Assembly (NCBI GenBank): GCA_041694835.1
Contig: JBGFRZ010000060.1
Coordinates: 1-34,523, forward strand
Length of the DNA: 34,523 nt
Direction of reading: 5' to 3'
Source of the DNA: Ignavibacteria bacterium
GTDB lineage: Bacteria > Elusimicrobiota > Endomicrobiia > PHAN01
Under the pieces are notes generated by a model, which saw nothing but the letters and a program-made list of their open reading frames with translations, had not been told where the DNA came from and searched no databases. This document shows, piece after piece, positions 1 to 8,783 of the stretch. Numbering within the stretch: the stretch's first letter is position 1; the number at the start of each line of letters is the position of its first letter. Position numbers and translations under genes: made by a program.

Positions 1-8
1 CTCACCCA

Positions 9-314
9 TCACCTCTGATGCTCTTTGTGCTCTTGCTTCTCTGATTTTAAGAGGTCAATTTTCTTTCTTATTCCCCCTCCTGCGCTATAACCACCCGGTT
101 TTCCGTCTTTTCTTACGACTCTATGGCAGGGTATCGTCGGAGCGAAAGGATTTTTTGAAAGTGCCCTACCAACCGCTCTTGATGCTTTCGGTCGGCCTAT
201 CCTTTTTGCGATTTCCCCATATGTCAAGGTTTTGCCGGATGGTATTTTCATACACTCCAACCACACTTTCCGCTCAAATTCAGGATATCTCATTATTTTT
301 TGCTTTACATTCAT
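9..314 (-). CDS. ogt: Methylated-DNA--protein-cysteine methyltransferase (MGMT family, C-terminal domain only)
   Basis: IPSGKTLTYGEIA...RAVGRAL..NP...IPCHRVV active-site motif. Confidence 0.93.
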   Translation of the reverse strand: MNVKQKIMRYPEFERKVWLECMKIPSGKTLTYGEIAKRIGRPKASRAVGRALSKNPFAPTIPCHRVVRKDGKPGGYSAGGGIRKKIDLLKSEKQEHKEHQR

Positions 315-326
315 TAAACCATCCTG

Positions 327-902
327 TTATCTATTATAAAAAACCACACAGCCGTTGTCGTCGGTGTAATAAAAGAGTTTTCCTTTTGAGCCATAATTTT
401 TTTTATATCTTATCACTTTGTCGATGTAATCTTTGGTTTCACGGTACGGGGGAATGCCGTTGTATTTCTTAACTTTCCCGGCTCCCGCATTATATGCTGC
501 AAGTGCTTTTGCAATGTCACCATGGTATAGAATGAGTAGATTTCTAAGATGTCTGGTGCCTGTCATTATATTTTCTTTTGGGCAGTAGATGTTCTTTACA
601 GAATAAATAGCGGCTGTTTCGGGCATTAATTGCATTAATCCCATGGCGCCTTTGGGCGATACACTGAATTTATTAAAATTCGATTCCACTTTAATCACCG
701 CTTTGATAAGTGCAGGGTCAAGTCCATATTCCATTGCATATCTATTTATCAAATGGTCAAAGGAATTCTCGTCGGCAAAAGAAAATGATGTAAAGAACAA
801 GAAGCAAGAAGTCAGGAGTAAGAATGGCAAATGGCGAATAGTAAATAGAGATGAGAGATGAGAGGTGAGATTTTCTCTCTTCTCTGTTCTCTGTCCTCTC
901 AT
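327..902 (-). CDS. Lytic transglycosylase (SLT domain), exported
   Basis: VESNFN, SPKGAMGLMQLMP and AYNAG motifs. Start moved from 1112 (which overlaps uvrC) to the in-frame ATG at 902, preceded by GAGGAG and followed by a hydrophobic signal ending FSFA-DE. Confidence 0.88.
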   Translation of the reverse strand: MRGQRTEKRENLTSHLSSLFTIRHLPFLLLTSCFLFFTSFSFADENSFDHLINRYAMEYGLDPALIKAVIKVESNFNKFSVSPKGAMGLMQLMPETAAIYSVKNIYCPKENIMTGTRHLRNLLILYHGDIAKALAAYNAGAGKVKKYNGIPPYRETKDYIDKVIRYKKNYGSKGKLFYYTDDNGCVVFYNR

Positions 903-957
903 CTCTCTCCTCTGTCCTCTGCTCTCTGATTTCTGCTGTTCTGATGCTCTTGTGCTC

Positions 958-2250
958 TTATTTGAATATTTGCTTCCTGATGTGTCTGTGATATGATATA
1001 GCAAATCTATGAGCCTCGTCTCTAATTTTCTGCAACAACTTAAATCCTTCATTGAAAATTTCAAGTTTGAGCGGCGAACCCATTTTTGTGGTGTGAACTT
1101 CTTCGCATTCATGCGACTTTGCCAGAGATATTATATCAATTTTTTTGTCCAGTCCATATCTTTTTAAAACAGCAAAAGCAGAGTTTAGTTGTCCTCTGCC
1201 GCCGTCTATCAAAATGAGGTCTGGAATTTTTCCCGGAGATTCTTCAAGTAGTCTTTTCAGTCGTCTTCCGACAACTTCTTTAATCATGGCGCAATCGTCT
1301 TGCCCTTCGACATGTTTTATTTTGTATTTTCTATAATTTGATTTGTCGCTCTTCGCCAAATGGAATCGCACGGAGCCTCCGACGGAATATACCGCTCCTA
1401 TGTTGGAGGCGTCGAAACACTCAATTGTGGCGGGGAAGTTCATCAGACCAAGTTTTTCCTTTAGTGATTTAAGCTTTTCGGTTGTCGTAGCCATCATCTC
1501 GATATCTTCATGGCGAATCTGTTGAAATCTGATTTTTGTGTTTAGTTGTCTGATGGAAAGCATCGCATCTCTCAACTTTCCCGCTTTTTCAAATTGAAGT
1601 TTTGCGGAGAGTCGGCGCATCTCTTTCAGGAGCTGTTTTTCAAGCTTTTTATACTTTCCCTGAAGAAGAGTTTTAAGTGCTTTGACGTTTTTCATATAGT
1701 TGGAGCGAGATATTTTGTTCAGGCATGGAGCGGAGCATTTTCCAGCTTGAAAATATATACAATTATTGTAATTTCTTTTTTCTCTTTCGAGAACATATCC
1801 GCACGGCCTTATATTGAATGTCTTTGTCAACCAAAGCATCAAACTCTTCAGCCCACCCGCCAAAGGATATGGCCCGTAGAATTCGTCCTTCGAAATATCA
1901 TGCCCTGATGGGTTTCTTGCTTTTACAAGCTTTGGGTATTTTTCTGAAAGCGTTAATCCGATGAAAGGATATGACTTGTCGTCTTTCAGGAGGGTGTTGT
2001 AGAAAGGTTGAAACTTTTTTATTAGTTTATCTTCTATGAGCAGCGCCTCCCTTTCAGATGCCGCCACTATATAATCGATTTCTCTTATGCGGTTTAAGAG
2101 AATGTTGATTTTATAACTCTTCGATGAATCGCTGAAATAGGATGATACCCTTTTGCGGAGATCCTTTGCTTTTCCAATGTAGATTACTGAACCGCTGGAA
2201 TCTTTCATGATATACACCCCGCTTTTATTCGGAAGACTTTCAGGTTTCAT
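958..2250 (-). CDS. uvrC: Excinuclease ABC subunit C (compact form)
   Basis: GIY-YIG (GVYIM..IYIGKAKDL), Cys cluster, UVR coil (LQFEKAGKLRD), RNase H-like domain (IECFD, PDLILIDGG, RDEAHRFA). Confidence 0.93.
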   Translation of the reverse strand: MKPESLPNKSGVYIMKDSSGSVIYIGKAKDLRKRVSSYFSDSSKSYKINILLNRIREIDYIVAASEREALLIEDKLIKKFQPFYNTLLKDDKSYPFIGLTLSEKYPKLVKARNPSGHDISKDEFYGPYPLAGGLKSLMLWLTKTFNIRPCGYVLEREKRNYNNCIYFQAGKCSAPCLNKISRSNYMKNVKALKTLLQGKYKKLEKQLLKEMRRLSAKLQFEKAGKLRDAMLSIRQLNTKIRFQQIRHEDIEMMATTTEKLKSLKEKLGLMNFPATIECFDASNIGAVYSVGGSVRFHLAKSDKSNYRKYKIKHVEGQDDCAMIKEVVGRRLKRLLEESPGKIPDLILIDGGRGQLNSAFAVLKRYGLDKKIDIISLAKSHECEEVHTTKMGSPLKLEIFNEGFKLLQKIRDEAHRFAISYHRHIRKQIFK

Positions 2251-2251
2251 A

Positions 2252-3820
2252 TCAGAGGAAAGGGATTTTTCGTCTTAAAACTTTTTTAATTTCATCAAGC
2301 TCTTCAACCCCGAAGATATGCGAAAGAAATATGTAGCTCCATACGGCGAAAAGAATGGCGCCAGCGGTTGTTGTTTTGTGGAAATTTTTTATCTGCGGAA
2401 TGAGTTCCGGAAGAGCTTGAAAGAATAAAATCCACGTGAGAGCGCACATTGAAAATGAAATAATGATGATTTTGACGAAAGTTTTTAGAATTTTTTTCGC
2501 GCCGATTCTCCCTATTTTCCTCCTGAGGATGATAAACAGCCACGTTGCGTTGAAATAAGACGCAATTGCCGTCGCAAGCGCCAATCCCCCAACTTCAAAT
2601 TGGTACATCAATATAACGTTCAGTATCGCGTTGATTATCATGGCGGCCGCAGCGACTTTGACGGGTGTTTTCGTCTCTTTATAGGAGTAGAAGGCGGAAG
2701 CGAATATTTTTACCACAGCATACGCCGGCAGTCCGAATGAGTAAAAAAACAAGCTTGAATATGTCATCAACGACGCTGAATGCCTGAATTCCCCTCTCTC
2801 AAAAAGAAGCTTTATTATTGGAAGACCGAGTATCATAAGGCCGAGCATTGATGGAAGTATTGCGAAAAGCAGGAGCCTTATAGAATAATTTATGGTCTCC
2901 TTCAAATCGGCCACATCATTTTTTGCGACGGATATGGACATCGACGGCAGCGAGACCGTTGCCACCGCTATGGCGAATATCGCGAGTGGAAGCTGCATTA
3001 CGCGGTTTGAGTAATAAAGTGCGGTTATCGAGCCGAGCGGCAGGAATGACGCGCATATTGTGTCAACAAATGAGTTTATCTGATCCACGGACATTCCCAA
3101 TGTTGTCGGGAGCATAAGATAAGTAATTTTTTTGAAACCGGGATTGTTAAATTTGAAGCAGGGTCTGATTTTAAAGCCCAGTTTCATTATATGTGGCGCC
3201 TGAGCGAGGAACTGCCCCGCCCCCCCAATCATTACGCTTATGGCGAGACCCTTTATCTGATTGTCCGGCGCAAGAAGGGGTGCCACCGCAAGTATATACA
3301 TAATTTCAGATATACTCAAAGATGCCGGGGCGACCGACGGGATAAAAAACTTCCCTGCCGTATTTAATATCCCCAACGCAAGAGCCGCCAGGGAGATAAA
3401 AAACAAGAACGGGAACATCAATCTGGTAAGCGTTGTCGTAAGTTCTATTTTTTCAGGGGTATCGGTGAAGCCGTAGGCAATGAGCGTGACCAGTTGCTTC
3501 GAAAATATCATCCCCAATACCGTTACGATGGAAAGAATTATGATGAGAGCCGTCAGAAGCGAGTTTATCAGTTCAGTTGTTTTTTTCGATTCTTTTTGGT
3601 AATAGTATTCGCTCAAAACGGGAATAACAGCGGCGGATACCGCCCCTTCGCCCAGGAGTCTTCTTAAGAGATTCGGAATTCTGTAGGCGGCATAGAAGGC
3701 GTCGGCGAAGATGCTGGCTCCGAAAACATGGGCGACAAGCATGTCCCGTATATAGCCAAGAATTCTTGAGACCGTTGTGCCTCCGGCGACGACCCCTGCG
3801 GATTTTGTTATATGTTTCAT
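2252..3820 (-). CDS. murJ: Lipid II flippase MurJ/MviN
   Basis: SRILGYIRD, RIPNLLRRLLGEGA, LYYSNRVMQLP; many TM segments. Confidence 0.96.
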   Translation of the reverse strand: MKHITKSAGVVAGGTTVSRILGYIRDMLVAHVFGASIFADAFYAAYRIPNLLRRLLGEGAVSAAVIPVLSEYYYQKESKKTTELINSLLTALIIILSIVTVLGMIFSKQLVTLIAYGFTDTPEKIELTTTLTRLMFPFLFFISLAALALGILNTAGKFFIPSVAPASLSISEIMYILAVAPLLAPDNQIKGLAISVMIGGAGQFLAQAPHIMKLGFKIRPCFKFNNPGFKKITYLMLPTTLGMSVDQINSFVDTICASFLPLGSITALYYSNRVMQLPLAIFAIAVATVSLPSMSISVAKNDVADLKETINYSIRLLLFAILPSMLGLMILGLPIIKLLFERGEFRHSASLMTYSSLFFYSFGLPAYAVVKIFASAFYSYKETKTPVKVAAAAMIINAILNVILMYQFEVGGLALATAIASYFNATWLFIILRRKIGRIGAKKILKTFVKIIIISFSMCALTWILFFQALPELIPQIKNFHKTTTAGAILFAVWSYIFLSHIFGVEELDEIKKVLRRKIPFL

Positions 3821-3849
3821 TTGACAAATTTTTTATAAATTGATAGAAT
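3821..3849 (+). promoter_or_regulatory. Sigma70-type promoter for rpsT
   Basis: TTGACA (3821-3826), 17 bp spacer, TAGAAT (3844-3849), with an extended -10 TG. Confidence 0.7.
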
Positions 3850-3912
3850 AAAACCCGGAAAATTTTACCGCAAGAGTTCGCAGAGAGCGCAAAGAGATTA
3901 GCGAGTAGAGAC

Positions 3913-3990
3913 GGGTAATCGGTAATCGGTAATCGGTGAAAAATAGATGACATGTGGGCACTGATTACTGATAACTGATAACCGATTACC
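3913..3990. repeat. Inverted heptamer tandem repeat (GGTAATC)n ... (GATWACY)n
   Basis: ggtaatc x3, then ctgatta ctgataa ctgataa ccgatta cc; the arms are complementary. Confidence 0.85.
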
Positions 3991-4029
3991 AGTTTTTTAT
4001 GCTCTGCGGTGAAAAATCAGGAGAATAAA

Positions 4030-4314
4030 ATGGCAAAATTAAAAACAGGCAGACACACATCTGCCATAAGAGAATACCGTCGTTCGCTTCGTCGCAGAAA
4101 AGTTAATGATGCGTGGAGATCTAAGATAAAGACGATAGCCAAAAAAGTTGAAAAAGCCGTCGCCCAAAAAGATAAGCAAAACGTGAAGGAACTCGTCAAA
4201 AAGGCTTTTTCAATGTGGGACAAGGCCGCCAAAAAAAAAATCATACATAAAAATAAAGCCGCTAACCAGAAATCCCGCTTGATGAAACTCTACAACAAAC
4301 TTTCTGCGAAGTAA
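4030..4314 (+). CDS. rpsT: 30S ribosomal protein S20
   Basis: SAIREYRRS..RRKVN, DKAAKKKIIHKNKAANQKSRL; AGGAG upstream of ATG 4030. Confidence 0.95.
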   Translation: MAKLKTGRHTSAIREYRRSLRRRKVNDAWRSKIKTIAKKVEKAVAQKDKQNVKELVKKAFSMWDKAAKKKIIHKNKAANQKSRLMKLYNKLSAK

Positions 4315-4387
4315 TCCTTTTAACATGAGCTACAGGATTTTTCATCTGGAATATCGGTGATATAACTGTAAATCCTCCCGGTTATTT

Positions 4388-5338
4388 TCAAACCCTGAAT
4401 ACGCGCATAGACAAATCCAACAGAACGTATTTTTCGTCAATGATGCTCTCGAGTCTTTTTAACTTGAAATTGCATGTGGAAATAAGCTCAAATATTTTTT
4501 TTAGTTGCTGTGAGTCGTAATTTTTCAAGTTATTGAAGAAATTCGAGTCATAGTAATGGTGTAAAAAAAGAATTTTAGCGATTTCCTGCTTTTCGAGCCC
4601 GCGATTTAGAAAATACTTGCCCAGATATATCTTCTGAAATGTCTTGTATATCCTGTCGGTTATTACAAGAGGTTTTTCGCCTCCCAGGAGCAGTTTTTCG
4701 AGTGTTTTTACGGCTTCTTTTTCATTTCCGTTTTCAATTGATTTTGAAAACAGAAAGAAGTTGCCGGTTCCTTTTTGGTATAAATTTTTCTTTATCTCTT
4801 CCGCGGATATTTCATGTTTCTCCAAAGCGTACATGGCGCATTTTTCTATTTCACACGAAAGAGCCCACATGTCATCAGGCATTTCCGCTGCAAGAAATTC
4901 TGCGGCGTCGCTTTTTATTTTTTTTCCGTACTCCCCAAACTTGTTTTTTATCCAGGCGACAAGCATCGGCCTGTTTGGCAGACTTTCTTCAAAAATCAAA
5001 GAATCCGACGCTATCACGCTTAAAGGCAGGCTTTGCATCTGGACGCTTTTCAATTTTCCGTTCCATATGAAAATTAAATCCACTTCGTCGGATTTCTTTT
5101 TAAAAAACTCGCCGAGCATTTTGATTTTTTCTGCCGCTTTTTCGAGGTTGTCGATGAAAACGCATTTTTTTGCGTTGAACAGCGATGAGTTGAAAGCAAG
5201 AGCGGCGATGTCTCCCGGCAGAACATCCGCAAGCGAGAAAAATTCGCAATCCGCCCCCGATTTTTCGGCGTCAGACCGGACTTGAAGTTTTCTCTGATGT
5301 ATTAGATACGGTTCGTTTCCGTGTATAAAATATTTCAT
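4388..5338 (-). CDS. holA: DNA polymerase III delta subunit
   Basis: YFIHGNEPYLI, SLF..KK, EIEK; conserved leuS-lptE-holA order, convergent with rpsT. Confidence 0.88.
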   Translation of the reverse strand: MKYFIHGNEPYLIHQRKLQVRSDAEKSGADCEFFSLADVLPGDIAALAFNSSLFNAKKCVFIDNLEKAAEKIKMLGEFFKKKSDEVDLIFIWNGKLKSVQMQSLPLSVIASDSLIFEESLPNRPMLVAWIKNKFGEYGKKIKSDAAEFLAAEMPDDMWALSCEIEKCAMYALEKHEISAEEIKKNLYQKGTGNFFLFSKSIENGNEKEAVKTLEKLLLGGEKPLVITDRIYKTFQKIYLGKYFLNRGLEKQEIAKILFLHHYYDSNFFNNLKNYDSQQLKKIFELISTCNFKLKRLESIIDEKYVLLDLSMRVFRV

Positions 5339-5892
5339 CGCGGCACTTTTCTTTCAGAAACTCCCGATGCCGCTCCGAAGCCCCCAACGGTTCTTTTTAT
5401 TATATTTCTTGCGAGCGTATCCCATATCATCTCTCTGACCTCCTCCTCGGTTTTGCCGCCAGGCATCGTCGCCGCCTGAAAAATTTCTACGCCTTCAAAG
5501 TTTGGCTCCTGCCAGAGGGTAACGTTGTTTAGTTTATCGACGAAATAAACATCGCATATAATCCAAAGTTTATAACTCGTCGGCACGAGGTTGGTATCGT
5601 AATTCAGCGGAGTCAGAATATACTTTTTTATTTTTCCGCCAAGATATCCTTCAGCGCCATCAATAGAAGACAGGCTGAATCTTCCGTCTCTTATTAACTC
5701 GTCCGAAAGCCTGATGGTGAATTTGTCTTCAAGACCGAAGAAGGGAGTCTCGTTTTTAAAAGGCACGATAGCTATTTTTTTGATGTAGTGCGGCACCCTC
5801 TGGGGTAGCGGTTCATAAACTCCGCAACCGTAGATAGAGAATAGAGAATAGAGAACAGAGAACAGAAACAAAGTTGATTTGAATTTGTTCAT
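5335..5892 (-). CDS. lptE: LptE-family LPS-assembly lipoprotein
   Basis: Lipobox-like IYGC, IKKIAIVPFKNET; lies between leuS and holA; GGAGG upstream of ATG 5892. Confidence 0.8.
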   Translation of the reverse strand: MNKFKSTLFLFSVLYSLFSIYGCGVYEPLPQRVPHYIKKIAIVPFKNETPFFGLEDKFTIRLSDELIRDGRFSLSSIDGAEGYLGGKIKKYILTPLNYDTNLVPTSYKLWIICDVYFVDKLNNVTLWQEPNFEGVEIFQAATMPGGKTEEEVREMIWDTLARNIIKRTVGGFGAASGVSERKVPR

Positions 5893-6095
5893 AACACGCC
5901 TCCAATAACAGCAAATCGCGAATAGCAGAAAAACGGATGCAAGATGCAGGATACATGATACAAGTAGAGACAAAGTTTTTACCTGCATCCTGTATCGGTT
6001 TTGAAACTTGCGCTCTTGTGCCTTGCGCTCTGCTATTGGCGAATAGTAATCCCGATAAATCGGGCAGGTTTCGCCCGCTACAATCTACCCGCTAC

Positions 6096-6201
6096 TGTGG
6101 TGTCCCATAAATCTCTTAACATTTGATTGTTCGTCGGTAAAGATTGTTAAAAAGCCCTTTTATCAGGGATTCGAATGTAAAGAACTGTCAGGGACACCAC
6201 A
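6096..6201. mobile_element. 106-bp MITE-like element
   Basis: 11-bp perfect TIR TGTGGTGTCCC/GGGACACCACA, with CTAC on both sides. Confidence 0.65.
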
Positions 6202-6226
6202 CTACTCGCTACTCATTGCCCGACAC

Positions 6227-8671
6227 TCATTCAGTTACAATGCTCGCTAATTTACCCTCGACATAAATGAATTTTTTTATCTGTTTATCCCGCAGATATT
6301 TTAGCAAATTATTGTCTTGCTTTATTATGTCCATAACGGCGTCCTTAGATGTGTTTGAATTGACAGTAATTACTCCCCTTAATTTGCCATTGATTTGGAC
6401 GGCGATTTCCCGGGATTCGTCTTTCAATAAATCCGTATTAATTTCAGGCCATGATTTAATCATCATTGTAGAAGAATCATAAAATTTTTGGTAAAGTTCG
6501 GCACTGATATGCGGCGCGAATGGATATAGAAGAATCAAAAGGGATTCTATCGCTTTATGAGAAGCATTGTCACCTATTTTATCGTAGGAATAGAGTTCAT
6601 TCAGGAACTCCATAATCGAAGCGATGGCGGTGTTGAACTGTTTTTCCGCTTCAATGTCGTCTGAAACCTTTTTGATTGTCTTCGCAGTTATTTTTAAGAG
6701 TTTCTGTGCATCCTGGCTCTGATTTTCCGCCGTCGCCCCACTTTTCGCCGCGCAGTATCTTTCGACAATTCTCCATATTCTGTTCAAGAATCTCCACGCC
6801 CCCTCGACGCCACTTTCTGACCAGTCAAGTTGTTTTTCGGGCGGCGCGGCAAAGAGTATAAAAATCCTCAATGTGTCGGCGCCATATTTTTTTATGAGCT
6901 CGTCGGGCTCGATGATGTTGCCTTTTGATTTAGACATCGTTTCGCCCTTCAGCGTGACCATCCCTTGAGTCAATAATTTTTTGAACGGTTCAGCGTCCTT
7001 GACGAGTCCCTGCTCTCTCATAAACCGTTGCCAGAATCTTGCATAAATCAAATGCATACAGGCGTGCTCTATTCCGCCGATGTATTGGTCGACAGGCAGA
7101 AGTTTGTCGGTTTTTTCCGGGTCAAACGGGAACTCTGTGTTGTCGGGATCGCAGTATCTTGCGTAATACCACGATGAATCGACGAATGTGTCCATTGTGT
7201 CGGTTTCTCTGCGCGCTTCTCCGCCGCATTTCGGGCAGAGAGTTTCGACGAATTTTCTATAAGTTGCAAGAGGAGAGTCGCCTGAACCGGTGATTGTGGC
7301 ATCGTCGGGAAGAAGCACGGGCAGGTCGTCGTAATTGACCGGTTGCACGTCGCATTTTTCGCAGTAGATGACGGGTATTGGAGTGCCCCAGTATCTTTGT
7401 CTTGAAATCAGCCAGTCTTTCATCCGCCAGTTTGTTTTTCTTGTAGCGATTCCTTTTTTTATAAGTTCATCGGTTATTTTTTCGGCGCCAGTTTTGTTGT
7501 CGAGGTCAGAATACTTGCCCGAATTGAGCATAATTCCTTCGCCTTCATAGGCGGAATTAGGGGATAGGGGATAGGGGATAGGGGACAGGGGTTGGATGAC
7601 GACACGAATAGGCAGATTATATTTTTTTGCGAATTCGAAATCCCGATGGTCGTGAGCCGGCACGCACATTATGGCGCCTGTGCCGTAATCCATTGTGACA
7701 TAATCCGAAATCCAGACAGGGAGTTTTTCGTTGTTGACCGGATTTATGGCGTAAAGCCCGGTGAAGACACCGGTTTTTTCCAGCGAGAATTTTTCCTGCG
7801 CGGTTTTCTTTTTTGTTGTTTCAATGTAACCTCTGTCCGCTGTTCTCTGTCCTCCGTTCTCTTTTATCAATGGATGTTCGGGGGCAAGAACCACAAATGT
7901 TGCGCCGAAAAGCGTGTCGGGACGCGTCGTAAATATTTTGATTGTTTCGTCGCTGTCTTCGATTTGAAAATCGATTTCGACTCCTGCGGATTTTCCGAGC
8001 CAGTATTTCTGCATTGCAAGAACTTCATCCGGCCAATTGTTTGTCAGTTCGACGTGTCCCGCAAGTAAATCCCCGGCGAAATCCGTTATTTTAATAAACC
8101 ACTGCTCGAGTTCTTTTTTTTCTATGACCGTATTACATCTCCAACACACCCCCGCGGCAACTTGCTCGTTCGCAAGAACCGTACTGCATTCAGAACACCA
8201 GTTCACTTCGGATTTTTTTTTATAGACGAGGTTTTTTTCGAGCATCTTGAGAAAAAACCACTGATTCCATCTGTAATATTCCGGCGTTGAAGTGGCAATC
8301 TCCGTCGACCAATCGTAAGATATCCCTAAAAGTTTAAGTTGCTTTTTCATGTGGGCGATATTTTCGCCCGTCCAATGCCCCGGGTGAATGTTATTCTTTA
8401 TTGCGGCATTTTCAGCGGGTAGTCCGAACGAATCCCATCCAATCGGATGAAACACCTCGCGATTGTTCAATCTATAAAATCTCGCAAAAACATCGCCTAT
8501 CACATAATTGCGGACGTGTCCCATGTGTATGCGTCCTGAAGGATACGGGAACATTACCAGACAGTAGTACTTCTTTTTTTTGCTTTCCGGATTGAACTCG
8601 TGAGACCGGTTGTCTTCCCAGAATTTCTGCCATTTAGGTTCTATTTCTTTGGGGTTGTACATAGTAGTCAC
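6227..8671 (-). CDS. leuS: Leucine--tRNA ligase
   Basis: MFPYPSGRIHMGH, editing-domain FTTRPDT, DWLISRQRYWG, TMSKSKGN. Confidence 0.98.
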   Translation of the reverse strand: MTTMYNPKEIEPKWQKFWEDNRSHEFNPESKKKKYYCLVMFPYPSGRIHMGHVRNYVIGDVFARFYRLNNREVFHPIGWDSFGLPAENAAIKNNIHPGHWTGENIAHMKKQLKLLGISYDWSTEIATSTPEYYRWNQWFFLKMLEKNLVYKKKSEVNWCSECSTVLANEQVAAGVCWRCNTVIEKKELEQWFIKITDFAGDLLAGHVELTNNWPDEVLAMQKYWLGKSAGVEIDFQIEDSDETIKIFTTRPDTLFGATFVVLAPEHPLIKENGGQRTADRGYIETTKKKTAQEKFSLEKTGVFTGLYAINPVNNEKLPVWISDYVTMDYGTGAIMCVPAHDHRDFEFAKKYNLPIRVVIQPLSPIPYPLSPNSAYEGEGIMLNSGKYSDLDNKTGAEKITDELIKKGIATRKTNWRMKDWLISRQRYWGTPIPVIYCEKCDVQPVNYDDLPVLLPDDATITGSGDSPLATYRKFVETLCPKCGGEARRETDTMDTFVDSSWYYARYCDPDNTEFPFDPEKTDKLLPVDQYIGGIEHACMHLIYARFWQRFMREQGLVKDAEPFKKLLTQGMVTLKGETMSKSKGNIIEPDELIKKYGADTLRIFILFAAPPEKQLDWSESGVEGAWRFLNRIWRIVERYCAAKSGATAENQSQDAQKLLKITAKTIKKVSDDIEAEKQFNTAIASIMEFLNELYSYDKIGDNASHKAIESLLILLYPFAPHISAELYQKFYDSSTMMIKSWPEINTDLLKDESREIAVQINGKLRGVITVNSNTSKDAVMDIIKQDNNLLKYLRDKQIKKFIYVEGKLASIVTE

Positions 8672-8674
8672 ACT

Positions 8675-8783
8675 GATTGTTGCTCGTTGTTCGTGACTCG
8701 TGGCTCGTTGTTCGTTACCGATTACTGGTCACCGATTACTGATTACTGGTTTTTGCGAGTCACCAGCCACTAACCACCAGTCA
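8675..8783. repeat. Degenerate heptamer tandem repeat tract
   Basis: ttgctcg ttgttcg tgactcg tggctcg ttgttcg ttaccga ttactgg tcaccga ttactga ttactgg ... tcaccag ccactaa ccaccag. Confidence 0.85.

Noticed and set aside
903-1112. N-terminal extension of the SLT ORF to 261 aa
   Set aside because: Overlaps uvrC by 155 bp and is otherwise translated repeat; a better start with an RBS exists at 902
4639-5285. Long antisense ORFs (also 26658-27248, 30526-31146, 16458-16967 and others)
   Set aside because: They shadow well-supported genes on the opposite strand and carry no recognisable motifs
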